A stretch of DNA of 64,000 bases from the human T2T-CHM13v2.0 reference genome, Homo sapiens: assembly GCF_009914755.1 (NCBI RefSeq), contig NC_060932.1; one strand, written 5' to 3'. Made by a program: the position numbers and the translations under genes. Of this stretch, positions 33,545-46,626 are shown piece after piece. The notes below the pieces were generated by a model. The model had not been told where the DNA came from, ran no database searches, and saw only the letters and a list, made by a program, of their open reading frames with translations. Position 1 is the stretch's first letter, and the number at the start of each line of letters is the position of its first letter.

Positions 33545-34704
33545 TGTGTCTGCTTTTTATTCCCAGATTTTTGCTTGTATCTTAATAATTTTCTTTCTTC
33601 ATTTTAATTGAGTTTATATCATTCCTTTGCTAGCTCAAGTTGGATATTTTTCTTATTATAAAGCTCTAAATTTTTCTGTGTTTAAAGACTTAAAAACTGA
33701 GATCAATACTGCTTTGAAAAATAAATTCTATATATGCCATTAAGATTGGGTTTTCACATTAGTGACTGTTCCAAAAGTCTGTACCATGGGCAGAATAATG
33801 GTCTGTGGAGCTCTGACTCCCTGAGCTCTGAGTAATAGCTGTAACTGAATTGCTCTGTGGCCTGCAAAAGGTTGCTTATTTGTCAGGGCTTCAGTTTTTT
33901 CATCAATTTGTACCAGTTTCTACATTGTGGCCCTTAAAAGCAAAACTGTTCATAAAGAGTCTAGGCTTGGGGCTGACATATAGTAAATATTCAAATCGCA
34001 GGAATTATAGATATTCACAAAGGTAAATGATAGATATGTTGTATGATTTTTCATTCCCTAAAAGTTTTATTGAAATCTGTGTTTGAAGGTTAAGATAAGC
34101 ATAAAAATGTGCAATAATAAATGATTGAAATATATTATTGAGATATATAGACTACATAACTTGGTATGATTTTGACCTTCTAATAGTTGTTACAATGCCT
34201 TTCTAGAAAAACATATTGTTTTGCTGAAAGTCTATGTGGATATGCAAATGCCCCAAAGATTCTGAGTTTTCCTGAAGAGAAAGCACATATTATGAAGAAA
34301 ATTAAATATATAAGAAATTCTAGTTTCTGCCCTCCACAATAATGGTATTACAGCTCAATATTGTGGGAAAATAGCCAGGCGGGGCAGCTTATTTTGTATA
34401 GAAAGTGGCAACTGGATTTCCCTCAATTTTTCTTTCGTTTATATAAAGTACCATCTAACAATAAATTCCCTTGTGCTCAGCCACCCGTTCAACCTTATTT
34501 TTTTTCCCCCTTGGTGAACCATTACTTCCTCTTCTGGAATATTTTAATAAAACATTTGAATAAAATAATCCTTTGATACAGCTGGAAAGGAAGACAGCAC
34601 ATTTGTCTTATCTGACTACATAAGTTAAAAGTACTTCAGAAATAAGGTAATTTATTTCTCAAAGGGCTTTTATTTTTATCTTTTAAGCACAATGTACTAG
34701 CTAA

Positions 34705-35880
34705 CTATAACAGATTGGGAGAAAATACTTGCAAACCATATATCTTATCCATTAGGAGATTCCTATCTAAACATATAAGGAGTTCATATAACTCAATAAA
34801 AATAAAAAACAACCAAACAAACAACAGAAAGCCCCAAAGAGCCAACCCCTCCTAATAACCTCATTAAAAAATGGACAAAGGACATGAATAGACATTTCTC
34901 CAAAGAAGACATATAAATGGTCAACAGGTATATTAAGAGGTGCTTGCCATCACTAATCATCAAGGAAATACAAATTAAAAGCACAGTGAAATATTACCCC
35001 ACACCTGTTGGGATGGTTATTAGAATAAGTGTTGGTGAAAGCGTGGAGAAAAGGAAACTTTTGTACACTGTTGGTGGGAATGCAAATTAGTATAGCCATA
35101 TGGAAAAAAGTATAGCCATATAGCCATATGGAAAACAGTATGGAGGTCCTAAAAAATGGATAATAGAACTGCATGAGCCAGCAATCCCACTACTCTGTAT
35201 ATATACAAAGGAAAGGAAATCAGTACCTTGAAAAGATGTTGGCACCCCATGTTCACTGCAGCTTTATTCACAGTAGCCAAGTGACACCTAAGTGTCCATC
35301 AATGAATGAATGGACAAATGGATAAAGATAACTTGATATACATACACACCCATACACGTGCATGCATACAATGGAATATTATTTAGCCAAAAATAGAAGG
35401 AAATCCTGACATGCTACAACATGGATGAATCTGGAAAATAGTATGCAAATGAAATAAGCCACACACAGACAGATACTGCATGTTCTCAATTATTTTTAGA
35501 GTCTACAATGGTCAAATTCATAGAAATAGTGAGTAGAATGGTGGCTAGAATGGTAGTTGTCAGGGGTTGGGGAGAGGGAGAAATGGGGAGGCACTGATCA
35601 AGGGGTACAAAGTTTTAATTAGTCTGGATGGATATTATTCTGGAGACCTAACGTACAGCCGTGTGAAAATAGTTAACGATACTGAATTGTATACTTGAAA
35701 TTTGCTAAGAGGATAGGTCTTAAATGTTCTCACCAAAAAAAAAAAAGAGAAAATGGTAACTATATAAGGTGATGGATATGTTAATTAGATTGATTGTGGC
35801 CATTATTCCACAATGTATTCATAGAGCAAAACACTGTCATACACCCTTGGTATATACAATTTATGTTGTGGAAAAAAGAG
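34705..35880 (+). mobile_element. L1MA/MB 3' region
   Basis: gggagaaaatacttgcaaaccatatatc; ggacaaaggacatgaatagacatttctcc; aaatttgctaagaggataggtcttaaatgttctcacc. Confidence 0.85.
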
Positions 35881-36001
35881 TGAGGAAGGAAGGAATGAAG
35901 GAAGGAAGGAAGGAAGGGAGGCAGGGAAAGGAGGGAGGGAAAGGAGGGAGGGAGGGAGGGAAGGAGGGAGGGAAAAATAGAAAGAGAAGGAAAAATAGCG
36001 A

Positions 36002-36124
36002 ATGGGTACAAGGCTCAATACCTGGGTGATGAAATGATCTGTACAACAAAACCCTATGACACGAGTTTACCTATGTAACAAACCCACGCTTGTACCCCTG
36101 AACTTAAAATAAAAGTTAAAAAAA
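36002..36124 (+). mobile_element. Old L1PA (about PA13-16) extreme 3' end between GGAA/GA tracts
   Basis: cctgggtgatgaaatgatctgtacaacaaa...gaacttaaaataaaagttaaaa. Confidence 0.8.
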
Positions 36125-37646
36125 GAGAGAAGGGAGAGAGAAAGGGCAGGATGAAAGGGAGGAAAGGAGAAAGAGAGAAAGAGAAAAAAAGAAAAGCAGC
36201 CTTTCAGCAAAGTCCCTGGAATGCTTCCTGGCAAATCCTATCTCACTCCCTTCCACCCCCACGCTGAAGCCACTCCCAAGCTCACTGGGTGACATCAGCC
36301 TGGGCTCTTCCCCAGAAGGAGATCTCAAGGCCGAGGAGCAGCCATGGAGCTCTCCCACTCTGGGGACCACAAAAATCCCAAAAGTTTCTGAGCTAACACC
36401 CTTCAAAAAATTGAGGCCTGTGCAAAACCTACGCACGGAAAGTCTGTTTCTATTTCAGTTGTGTATCAGTTAAGATGGAAAATTTTTAAAGTCCACACAG
36501 ATGGTAAATAAATTTCTGCTACATGAGGCAGTTCCTGGAATAAAGCAATTTTCTCAAATAACAAGCGCCAACTTATTTTTTTCAGCAGGACTTATTTTTA
36601 ACTTTCCCAGGGAATGGTTGAGAGACTGAGAGCAATATCCTTCCCCTTAGGAATCTGAGTCTCCTTCCAGAAGAAAAGATTGCTGTTCTCACTACAGATT
36701 TAAATGCGTGTATACACACATATGTACATTAAATGAAGGGAGTGTTGGTTCATTCATTTTCTTGGGGGAGGGGAATGAGTGAGGGAATGAGAAGGTGGAA
36801 ATTTTGTAGATATATTTATGTTTTTATCCAATGTTTAGTTTTCTATAACTTACTCCAAACTGTTTGAAATTGATTCATATTCTTGCGTAGAAATTCATTC
36901 CATATCTTGGACAAATGACCATTAATCTTTCGGAATCCTTGACATACTGTGAGAATTGGCCTGTGTCCCCAGAAATCTTTAGTAGTAGTCCCCTAGGACA
37001 TAGTTGAAACCCCCTCATGCTCTGCTGGTTCATGTTTCATTGGGGAGAACCAGCCTTGGGCCTCAATTGGCAGGGAATGCTAGTGTCTTAAACAAAACTA
37101 TGCCATTTGCCAAATCAGAGTGATTCAAATGTTCCTCCTAGTAGGAGGGATTCCCCATTCAGAAGAAATGCAGGAATTGACTATCAAATAATTAAACTGT
37201 GTTATAACCACTAATCATTTTAATGAGGGTATTACTGCAAGTGCTGTGTAAGTATATAGCCATTATAAATTTATTTTCTTTCTTCTTCCTCTTTATTTTT
37301 GGGCAGGGTAAACATTTCACTGAGCACTACAGATAATCTATCAATTAACAAATAAATATTTACTGAGCACCTGAATGCTAGTCATAATAAGAGTAAGGAA
37401 AAAAAGAAATATCTACCTTTGAACTAAGAAGTTATAGTTGAAGAGACACAGAAGGAATTAGAGAACCACCAAGGGCTAAACTGTTTGTGGTGCTGACTAT
37501 TATTATGCAGGTCAGGGGGTGATATGCAGACTTGATGTGCAGGAAGAGACACCCAATGTTCAGGTACTATTTATGAGTATACCATCTGCATGGAAACAGG
37601 AAGACAGGTTTTCAGTAGAGAATTCTTGAAGTCCTTCTTTAGTGAC

Positions 37647-39382
37647 TGATATGATTTGGTTGTGTCCCCACCCAAATCTCATGTTTAATTCCCACATGTT
37701 GTGGGAAGGACCCGGTGGGAGGTAATTGAATCATGGGGGCAGGTCTTTCCCATGCTGTTCCCGTGATAGTGAATAAGTCTCACGAGATCTGATGGTTTTA
37801 AAAACGGGGGTTTCCCTGCACAGGCTCTCTTGTTTTGCCTGATGCTATCCATCTAAGATGTGACTTGCTTCTTCTTCCTTCTGCCATGATACAGTAAATT
37901 GGTACCAGTAGAGCGGGGTGCTGCTGTATATACCCAAAAATGTGGAAACATATTTGGAACTGGGTAACGGGCAGGGGTTAGAACAGTTTGGAAGGCTCAG
38001 AAGAAGACAGGAAAATGTGGAAAAGTTCAGAACTTTCTAGAGACTTGTTGAATGGCTTTGCCCAAAATGCTGATAGTAATATGGACAATAAAGTCCAGGC
38101 TGAAGTGGTCTCAGATGGAAATGAGGAACTTGTTGGGAACTGGAACAAAGGTGACTCTTGTTATGTTTTAGCAAAGAGACTGGTAGCATTTTTCCCCTTC
38201 GCTAGAGATTTTTGGAACTTTGAACTTGAGAGAGATGATTTGTTATCTGGTGGAAGAAATTTCTAAGCAGCAAAGTATTCAAGAGGTGTCTTGGGTGCTG
38301 TTAAAGGCATTCAGTTTTATAAAGAAAGCAGAGTATTAAAGTTTGGAATATTTGCAGCCTGACAATGTGATAGAAAAGAAAATCCCATTTTCCGAGGAGA
38401 AATTCAAGCCAGCTGCAGAAATTTGCATAAGTAACGAGGAGCCAAATGTTAATCCCCAAGACAGTGGGGAAAATGTCTCCAGGGCATGTCACAGGTCTTC
38501 ATGGTAGCCCCTCCCATCAATGGCCCAGAGGCCTAGGAGGAAGAAATGGTTTTGTGGGCCAGGCCCAGGGTCCTCATGCTGTGTGCAGTCTGGGGACTTG
38601 GTGGCCTGTGTCCCAGCTGCTCCAGCCATGAATAAGAGGAGCCAAGGTACAGCTTGGGCTTCAGAGGGTACAAGACCCAAGTCTTGGCAGCTTCCACATG
38701 GTGTTGAGTCTGTGGGTGTGCAGAAGTCAAGAATTGGGGATTGGAAACCTCTGCCTAGATTTCAGAGGATGTATGGAAACACCTGGATGTCCAGGAAGAA
38801 GTTTGCTGCAGGGGTGAGGCCCTCCTGGAGAACTTCTGCTAGGGCAGTGCAGAAGGAAAATGTGGGGTCAGAACCCCCAAGTAGAGTCCCTACTGGGGCA
38901 CTGCCTAGTGGAGCTGTGAGAAAAGGGCCACTGTCCTCCAGACCCCAGAATGGTAGACCCACCCACAACTTGCATCGTGTGCCTGGAGAAGCTGCACTCA
39001 ACACCAGCCCGTGAAAGCAGCTGGGAGAGGGGCTAAAACCTGCAAAGCCACATGGGCGGAGCCACACGGGTGGAGCCACTCAAGATCATAGGAACACACC
39101 TCTTGCACCAGCCTCATCTGGATGTGAGACATACAGTCAAAGAAGATCGCTTTGGAGTTTTAAGATGTGACTGCTCCATTGGATTTCGGACTTGCAAGGG
39201 GCCTGTAGCCCCTTTGTTTTGGCCAATTTCTCCCATTTGGAATGGCTGCATTTACCCAATGCCTGAATCCTCATTGTATCTAGGAAGTAACTAACTTGCT
39301 TTTGATTTTACAGGCTCATAGGCAGAAGGCACTTGCCTTGTCTCAGATGAGACTTAGGACTGTGGACTTTTCAGTTAATGCT
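37647..39382 (+). mobile_element. THE1(B-like) provirus: deleted 5' LTR (37647-37893) plus THE1-int; 3' LTR absent
   Basis: LTR start tgatatgatttgg; internal starts gtaaattggtaccagtagag; ORF 37988-38266 is the typical MaLR-internal translation. Confidence 0.9.
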
Positions 39383-39536
39383 CCACCACGCTTAGCTAAT
39401 TTTTGCATTTTTGTGGTTGTTGAGAAAGAGTTTCGCCATATTGCCCAGGCTGGTCTTGAACTCCTGGACTCAAGTGATCCATCCACTTCAGCCTCCCTAA
39501 GTGCCAGGATTACAGCTGTGAGCCACTGCATCCAGC
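39383..39536 (-). mobile_element. AluJ left arm only
   Basis: Antisense left arm and linker fused directly to THE1-int. Confidence 0.85.
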
Positions 39537-42467
39537 AAAATGACATTTTTTTTAATAAGCCAAAGAGATCAGATCATAATTTCAGTTTAAAAAGAAAATA
39601 AGTTTCTAAATATTGATTGCTGTTTTTTCTGTCATGCCTCAAACGTTTATATCAGGGTTGAATTTTGTTAAAACAGCCTTTAAAAAAAGGTGTTCCCTAC
39701 GATATAGCACAGATATCTTAATTATTAAAGTTTATTTCAAAAAAATCTTTACTTTGAAGAAAATATTGATTTTCCATTCTGGTTCAAAAGGACTTTAATC
39801 TTCTGATTTTGAGGGCCCAGTAAAAGGCCATCTTTTATATTGGGTTTCTGGCTAAGCACAGTGGTTAAAATAATAAATTTCCTGTTATTCTTAGCGTGTG
39901 CCCAGAAGCCATGGAGATTTTTGGACTTACTTAGTGAATTAAACAAAGAAAGTGAATAAAATACCCTATTCTGAATAGCGACCATAGAAAATATAGATTA
40001 TAAACAGTAGTAGTTTCACAACGAAAAGAAAGACATAACTGTCACCACAAACTCTCTTCCAGAGGAGATTCCTCAGTGTATTCCAGCTTGGAGGTGAACT
40101 GGGGAAAATACAAACCCTGAGGCTGGTACTCAAATCCCTAGAAGAACATACTAAGGACTGAGGTACATGAGGCTAAAAGTGAGGCTGCAGTGAGTGGCAA
40201 GTGTTGGCTGTGTGGGGTCAAGAACTGAACTTGTGATGGGAAGGAGACTATGCATGCCATCTTGGAAAACTAGAGTGAAATTATGCAGACTCTTAAGACG
40301 AGAATGAACCTAAACTGCCTTCACTCCCTTCAATCTGGTATTTTCTGCAGTTCCCACATACTTGGGTCATTATTTCATAACCATTTCTCCACTGAATACT
40401 GAACCTGTGAAACTAAACTTCCACAAGATAATGTTTACCATTTCTTAGGGCATAGGAGAAGTAAGTAGGTTGCCTCGTGAAGCAGAAAGAAACTGCAGGG
40501 GTTAATTGTGATGAGGAAAATACATCCGGTTGAAAGCAAAAAGCATTTTACACTTTTTGTGCTTTAGATAGAATAAATAAGAAGTGCTTATAATACTGCT
40601 TCAGAACCCTGATTAGCATCACTCATTGCTTTATAAAAGTTTTTAATGGCTTTCTGTGAACATCCAATGATAATAGCCTTGTTTCGTGATATTTTAAATC
40701 ATTATACTAATTATCCCAAGTTTAATCTCTATTAAAAAATCTGGATTGAGGTTTTGAAAGTATTAGGAAGACTGAAAACATAAGCAAGTGTATTTCAGTA
40801 ATTCGAACATAATTTTCTTATGCCCTTAAGAAGTTTAAAGTTTGAAGAGGAGATGAGACATATTTTCATTTTCACATCCACATACAGTGCAGTTTTTTTT
40901 TTTTTAGTATGGCTAATACATAGTCAACCATGTAATTTATCACCTAACTCGGACATTCCAGAGAGGGACGTGGGGAGCTAACCAGGCAGGATGTGGAAAC
41001 AACAGACTCAGACCAGAGTGGTCCAGACAAAGCAGAATGAATAGAAAGGAACATGTGCCATAAGATGTTAGAGTTATGAAAGTTTTTCTTATAAGTTTTT
41101 ATTCTTAGTTTCTTGAGGAGAATGACAATCATTTATTCAACTTTGAATATCTTGTTCATCTTTGAACACAATGACAAATGTTCAACGGTAAAAAAACCCA
41201 CTGAATTAATGAATTAGTGATTGAATTAACACATGTACATATTTATGCAAATTATCATAATTTTATTGTAGGATACACCTTTTCATGTAAGTGAAATCAA
41301 AGAAGATGATTAAAATATCAGTGCCAAGGACATAAGAAGACAGCACAGTAAGTGAATTTTTTTCTCTTTTTCTGGGTACATAGCAAGGGAAGTTGTGCTT
41401 TTCTCCTACATCAACCTTACTGAAAACAGAGAGTTGTATGGTGGATTGTGGCTTAGGGAATATGGACTCACTCCTTTGTGCATCTATTCACCCATCCGTC
41501 TGCTAGACAGCTTCCTATTTCTCACTATTCCATGTCAGTTACTGAAGCTATGCAGAGGAAGCACATGCTCTCTGCCTTCAAAGAGCATGTAGTAACCCCA
41601 AATCAGGGCCTCAGGTTTATTCTCAAACAAGATGAAAAAAAAATACTAATCCCCATTCATTTTTCTTCCTTCCTCAGTGAAGATATCTTCAAGAAGACAG
41701 CGTGGAAGATGTAGCTTTGGTAATTTAAAGAAAGTGGAAGACACAGAAACAGTTATGCGGTAAGTGCTGGTGTGAGGTAATCAGGTATGTACAGCCACTA
41801 CTGAGAAGCAGTAAGAGCCCGTGGGAGACCAGGAGCACGGATGTACATTGTATTTCTATAAGACTTTGCTATAGTAGTGAGAGTAGGGCTTCAAATTTTA
41901 ACAAGGACTAATCGCAGAGGATTTAAAAATGCAGGCTGGGAAATATGATCTACATTTGATAAAAAACCAAGACATAGGTTAGTGCTTTTACAAATGGAAA
42001 TAATCTGGTGATGATGCTTTCTTAGGAAGATTAAATCTGATTAGACTGTGTAGAATGAGCTTGTATAAGAGAGAATACTGGATCCAGAGAGATGGCAAAC
42101 AATTTATCATATCACTTCTACATGCTGAGATGAGGATTTGGATGGGATGGAGACGAGAAATGAAGACACATAAATAATATATTCCTACACCAGTCATAGA
42201 GAAATCATATCCTAACCGCCCAACCAATTTTCTTTAGTCATAACTAGGAAAGATCAACCAAGATCACTAAATCGTTAGAAAAAAAAAATCAATAGTAGAG
42301 AAACAGACTGCTACACAAAAAGGAATGATTCAGGTAATACCAATAACATATTAAAAAACCTCTAAGAGAATCCCTGTAATTAGTATTTTCAGAGAGATTT
42401 GAGAAAATATTACATTTGTAAAACATGAACATGGTACTAGGGAAAACCAGGCAGAGAACACCGTCCA

Positions 42468-42878
42468 TGTATTAGGTTGTTCTCGCATTGCTATAAAGAA
42501 ATACCCGAGACTGGGTAATTTATAAAGAAGAGAGGTTTAACTGGCTTATGGTTCTGCAGGTTATACAGGAAGCATGGTATAGGCATCTGCTCAGGGAGGC
42601 CTTAGGAAGCTTACAATCATGGTGGAAAGTGAAGGGGGAGCAGGCACATCACATGATGAAAGCAGGAGTGAGTGAGAGAGAGAAGGGGGTAGGTGGAGGT
42701 GCCACACACTTTTAAACGATCAGAACTCACAAGAACTCACTCACTATCACCAAGGCATCACCAAGCCTGAGGGATCCATTCCCATGACCCAGAAACCTCC
42801 CACCAGGTCCCAACTCTGGCATTTGAGATTACAATTCGACATGAGATTTGGACAGGGACACATATTCAATCTATGTCA
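42468..42878 (-). mobile_element. MST (A/B) MaLR solo LTR
   Basis: tgtattag...ctatgtca termini; perfect 5-bp TSD gtcca. Confidence 0.9.
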
Positions 42879-42901
42879 GTCCATATTCTTCACCTTCTCT
42901 C

Positions 42902-43017
42902 CTGTTCAGGGATGAACTCTTAGCTAAAGTCTAGCCCTTCTGTTCAAAGATGAACTCATAGCTAAAAAATGCAAGACATCCCGTTAAGGGATGAACTCTT
43001 AGCTAAAGTCTAAGCCC
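42902..43017. repeat. Three imperfect ~38-41 bp tandem units (gttcagggatgaactcttagctaaa)
   Basis: Copies start at about 42902, 42940 and 42981. Confidence 0.8.
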
Positions 43018-43659
43018 AGTCTTTCCTCCGAGCCCTGGATCCCATCCCTTCTCATCAGTTCAAGGCTATCACCGCTAGAACTGTCTCTCCTCAGGTATCA
43101 ATAATATTTCCTCTACTGAATCATTTCTATCAGCTTCCAATATAATGTTCAAATATCTCCCAATACAATTATTTTAAAAAAATCCCTCTCTGGCTTTCTT
43201 TGTTTTCTTTTATAGCAATTATTGAATTTTTAATACATAACTTTGCTCACTTTCTTCAATTCTCGTTCTCCTTTTTGTTCTTGAACCCACTGAAAATAAG
43301 CAGATGCTCCCACAAAAACTTGCCTAAACAAGCTGGCCTGTTGGCCTCCTGTTATCAAATGTCAGTTTTCTTCTGGTCTATTTGGGTCTATGCATAGCAT
43401 TTGAGACATTTGATCTTACTTTCCTTTCAGAAACAGCTTTTTCACCCAGCTTCTAGGATTCCACTCTGATTCTTTTCTCTTATTAGTTCATTCCACCCCT
43501 TAGTTGGTTTACTGTTTTATTTTATGCTTCCCTCCTGTAGAAAGTAGGTCCTTTGGAGAAAAGATGTTATTTTGTATCCCTTCCATCTGGAAGAGTGCTC
43601 AGTACATTTTAAGCACTTAATATTTGTTTGTTGACTAGGTAACTGAAGGAAAATAAGAA

Positions 43660-45150
43660 AGTTAAAAATATGACTGCAACAATAAATGTTTCAAAGGACA
43701 GTGAATAATAAAATGGATATATCTGAAGACCAAGCTGCTGATCTGGTCCAGTGAGTCAAGAAGATCTCACAATAAGCAAAGCAAAAATACAAAAAAAGGT
43801 CGCATAATGAGTGGAAGTTAAGAGACATAGATACAAGTTATTACAAAAAAATCTAATAGGAATTTTGGGCTGAAACAACAGAAACAATGGGAGGTGGCAA
43901 CACTCATAAAATATTGGAAGGAATATTTCTGAAGCTGATAAAAGTTATGGCTTCTCAGATTGAAAGATTTTAGTTAACATTAGGTTGCATCCAAAAGAAA
44001 CAAAGCTGCTCTTTGATAACTTTTATAACTCTAGGGAGGAAAAATATCTTGACTATCTAGAGAATTAAAAACAAGCTACTGGTTGGGCAAGGTGGCTCAC
44101 ACCTGTAATCCCAGCAGTTTGGGAGGCTGAGGCAGGAGGATTGCTTGAGACTTGAGACCAGTCCCAGCAACACAGCAAGAATCTGTCTCAGAAAGAAAGA
44201 AAAGAAAAGGAAAAGAAAGAAAGAAAAGAAGAAGAAGAAGAAGAAGAAGAAGAAGAAGAAGAGAAAAAGAAAGAAAGAAAGAAAGAAAAGAAAAGGAAAA
44301 GAAAGAAAGAAAAGAAGAAGAAGAAGAAGAAGAAGAGAAAAAGAAAGAAAGAAAGAAAGAAAAAGAAAGAAAGAAGAAAAGTATACATATCAGCCTGTGT
44401 GGTGGCGTGTGTCTGTAGGCCCAGACACTTCAGAGGCTGACGCATGAGGATCACTTGGGCCCAGGAGGTGGGGGCTGCAGTGAGCTATGTTCTTGCCACT
44501 TGCAGTCCGACCTGAGTGACAGAACAAAACCCTGTCTCAAAAACAAACAAAACACCTTATTTACAAAAGACAGACATCAGTGTGACATATAGATCTTCTA
44601 ATATAAAATACTGGGTCACAGGAGAGTTGAGAAATATCATCAAGTTTCTCAAGGGAAAAAATAGAGCATAGACAGTTAAATATGTTTGATTATTGGTTAA
44701 AATATGAGCCAAACAAGGACCCATAAAAGCTTAAAAATATATGCACAACAATGTGATTAAGTTATTCAGGGAGATATGTAAACCAGAAAAATAAGAATAT
44801 AAGAAAGATAAAGAACATGGACATGGGAAAGATGCATAACATAGAAAACAGGAACAAAATAGAAAGAACGTAAAAGAAAATCTTTTAGAACTTGATGCCT
44901 GCCTGGTTGATCTTTTAAAGATAGACTATATCTTCTTCCTGTGGGTCCAATTTTACTGCTTTGTTCTGGAGTGAATATTTATGTATCATAAAGACTGCTA
45001 TGGTCTTTGAATCTTTATCCTATAGGTGAAGCACAGAATGATAATAGTCATTAGATAGAATACATATGCTAAAATCGTAAAAATGCAAAATTCATACAAC
45101 CAACAAAAATTAAGATACACAGTAGGAAGGAGAAGAGAGGTGGACCAAGG
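43660..45150 (+). mobile_element. Ancient L1/HAL1-type ORF1 remnant
   Basis: A-rich plus strand with ORF1-like motifs (aatatttctgaagctga; cttctcagattgaaag). Confidence 0.45.
44081..44552 (+). mobile_element. AluJ with ~190-bp GAA/GAAA expansion in its central linker
   Basis: Left arm to 44190, purine tract 44191-44380, right arm from about 44390. Confidence 0.88.
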
Positions 45151-45541
45151 GGATCACTTGATGTCAGGAGTTTGAGACCAGCCTCGCCAACAGGGTGAAA
45201 CCCAATTTCTACTAAAAGTATAAAAAATTTGCCAGGCGTGGTAGCATTGCCTGTAGTCCTAGCTACTAGGGAGGCTGAGGCAGGAGAATTGCTTGAGCTT
45301 GGGAGGTAGAGGTTGCAGTCAGCTGAGATCACGCCATTGCACTGCAGCCTGGGCAACAGAGCCAGACTCCGTCTCAAAATATATAAATAAATAAATATGT
45401 AAGTAAAGATAATCTGAGCTGCAGTGTAGAATATGGATTGAAAGGGGTTAGGACCAAAGGCCAAGAGGCCAGTTAAGAAAATGTAGCAGTAATTGGAGGA
45501 AAAGATGGCAGAGAATAAAGGAAATGAGTATGAGAGATCAT
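45151..45541 (+). repeat. Dispersed copy of 48335-48723 (truncated Alu plus flank)
   Basis: Collinear match, including ~125 bp of non-Alu flank. Confidence 0.92.
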
Positions 45542-45614
45542 AATTCTCTACGCTTTTGAAATGGAAAGACAATAAATTTAACTAAAATATTAAAAATGAA
45601 TAAATCAACAAATA

Positions 45615-45930
45615 GGCTGGGTGCAGTTGCTCACGCCTGTAATCCCAGTAACTTGGGAGGCCAAGGCAGCTGGATCACTTGAGCTCAAGAGTTTGAGACC
45701 AGCCTGGGCAATATGACAAAACCCCATCTCCTCAAAAAAATACAAAATCTTAACCAGGCATGGTGGTGCATGCCTGTAGTTTTAGCTACTTGAGAGACTT
45801 AGGTGGGAGAATCACCTGAGTCTGGGAAGTTGAGGCTGCAGTGAGCCATGATTGTGCCAGTCACTGCAGCTTGGGTGATGGGAGTGAGACCTTGTCTCAA
45901 AAAGTAAATAAATAAATAAAACAAACAAAC
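45615..45930 (+). mobile_element. AluJb-like
   Basis: cacttgagctcaagagttt; gaggctgcagtgagccatgatt. Confidence 0.88.
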
Positions 45931-46152
45931 AGAAGAATAAGCATTTTAAATAAAATAAATAACTGACATTCATAAAGCTAAATACTGGAAGAAGAAAAAA
46001 GACATAAATAATAAAAGTCCGTTGTTATGAAGGAGAAGCTTTGAGCAAGTATGAGAATACCAGACTCCATTAGAATGTAAGTTTCTGATAGAAAATTTAC
46101 AGCCCCGTTGTACTGTTATATGAAACTGTGCTTGGCACAAAACATAAGCACT

Positions 46153-46626
46153 GGTTATAGGTTGAACTGGACCCCTCTCCCAATTCTTATGTTGAAATGT
46201 TATCCCCAGTACCTCACAATGTGACTTTATTTGGAAATAGGGTTTTTGTAGATGTAACTAGTCATGTTGTGATGAGGTCATATTAGAGATGGACAGGCCA
46301 GTATTCCAACTCAACTGATGTCCTTAAAAAAGGGGAAATATGGACATAGTCACACACACACACGAAGAAGCCCATGTCAACATAAAGGCCTATAGAAAGA
46401 TAATATACCTACAAGTCTTCAAGCCAAAGAATGCCAAAGATTAGCAGCAAAGCACCAGAAGCTAGGGGAGTGTAAAGGAACCAATTCTCCTTCAGAGCCA
46501 ATTGAAGGAGCTAACCCTGCCCACACCTTGATCTGGGACTTCTAGACCACAATTACGATGACTTTCTGTTCTTTTAAGCATGCAATTTAAGGTGCTTTGT
46601 TAGGACAGCCCAAGAAAATGAATACA
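46153..46626 (+). mobile_element. MLT1(C-like) LTR
   Basis: aatgtgactttatttggaaatagggt; aagccaaagaatgccaaaga; ...aatgaataca end. Confidence 0.8.

Noticed and set aside
35091-35143. Small tandem duplications (also at ~1873, ~17700, ~20103, ~26030)
   Set aside because: Ordinary replication-slippage duplications with no functional signal
37988-39294. Cluster of ORFs up to 164 aa
   Set aside because: Translations of the decayed THE1 internal region
42902-43017. CRISPR-like repeat-spacer pattern
   Set aside because: Primate intron, only 3 degenerate units, 13-16 bp non-unique spacers, no cas genes
44145-44454. Lys/Arg-rich and Phe/Ser-rich ORFs
   Set aside because: Stop-free GAA/GAAA microsatellite artefacts; the same applies to the ORFs at 9.4-9.9 kb and 35.8-36.0 kb
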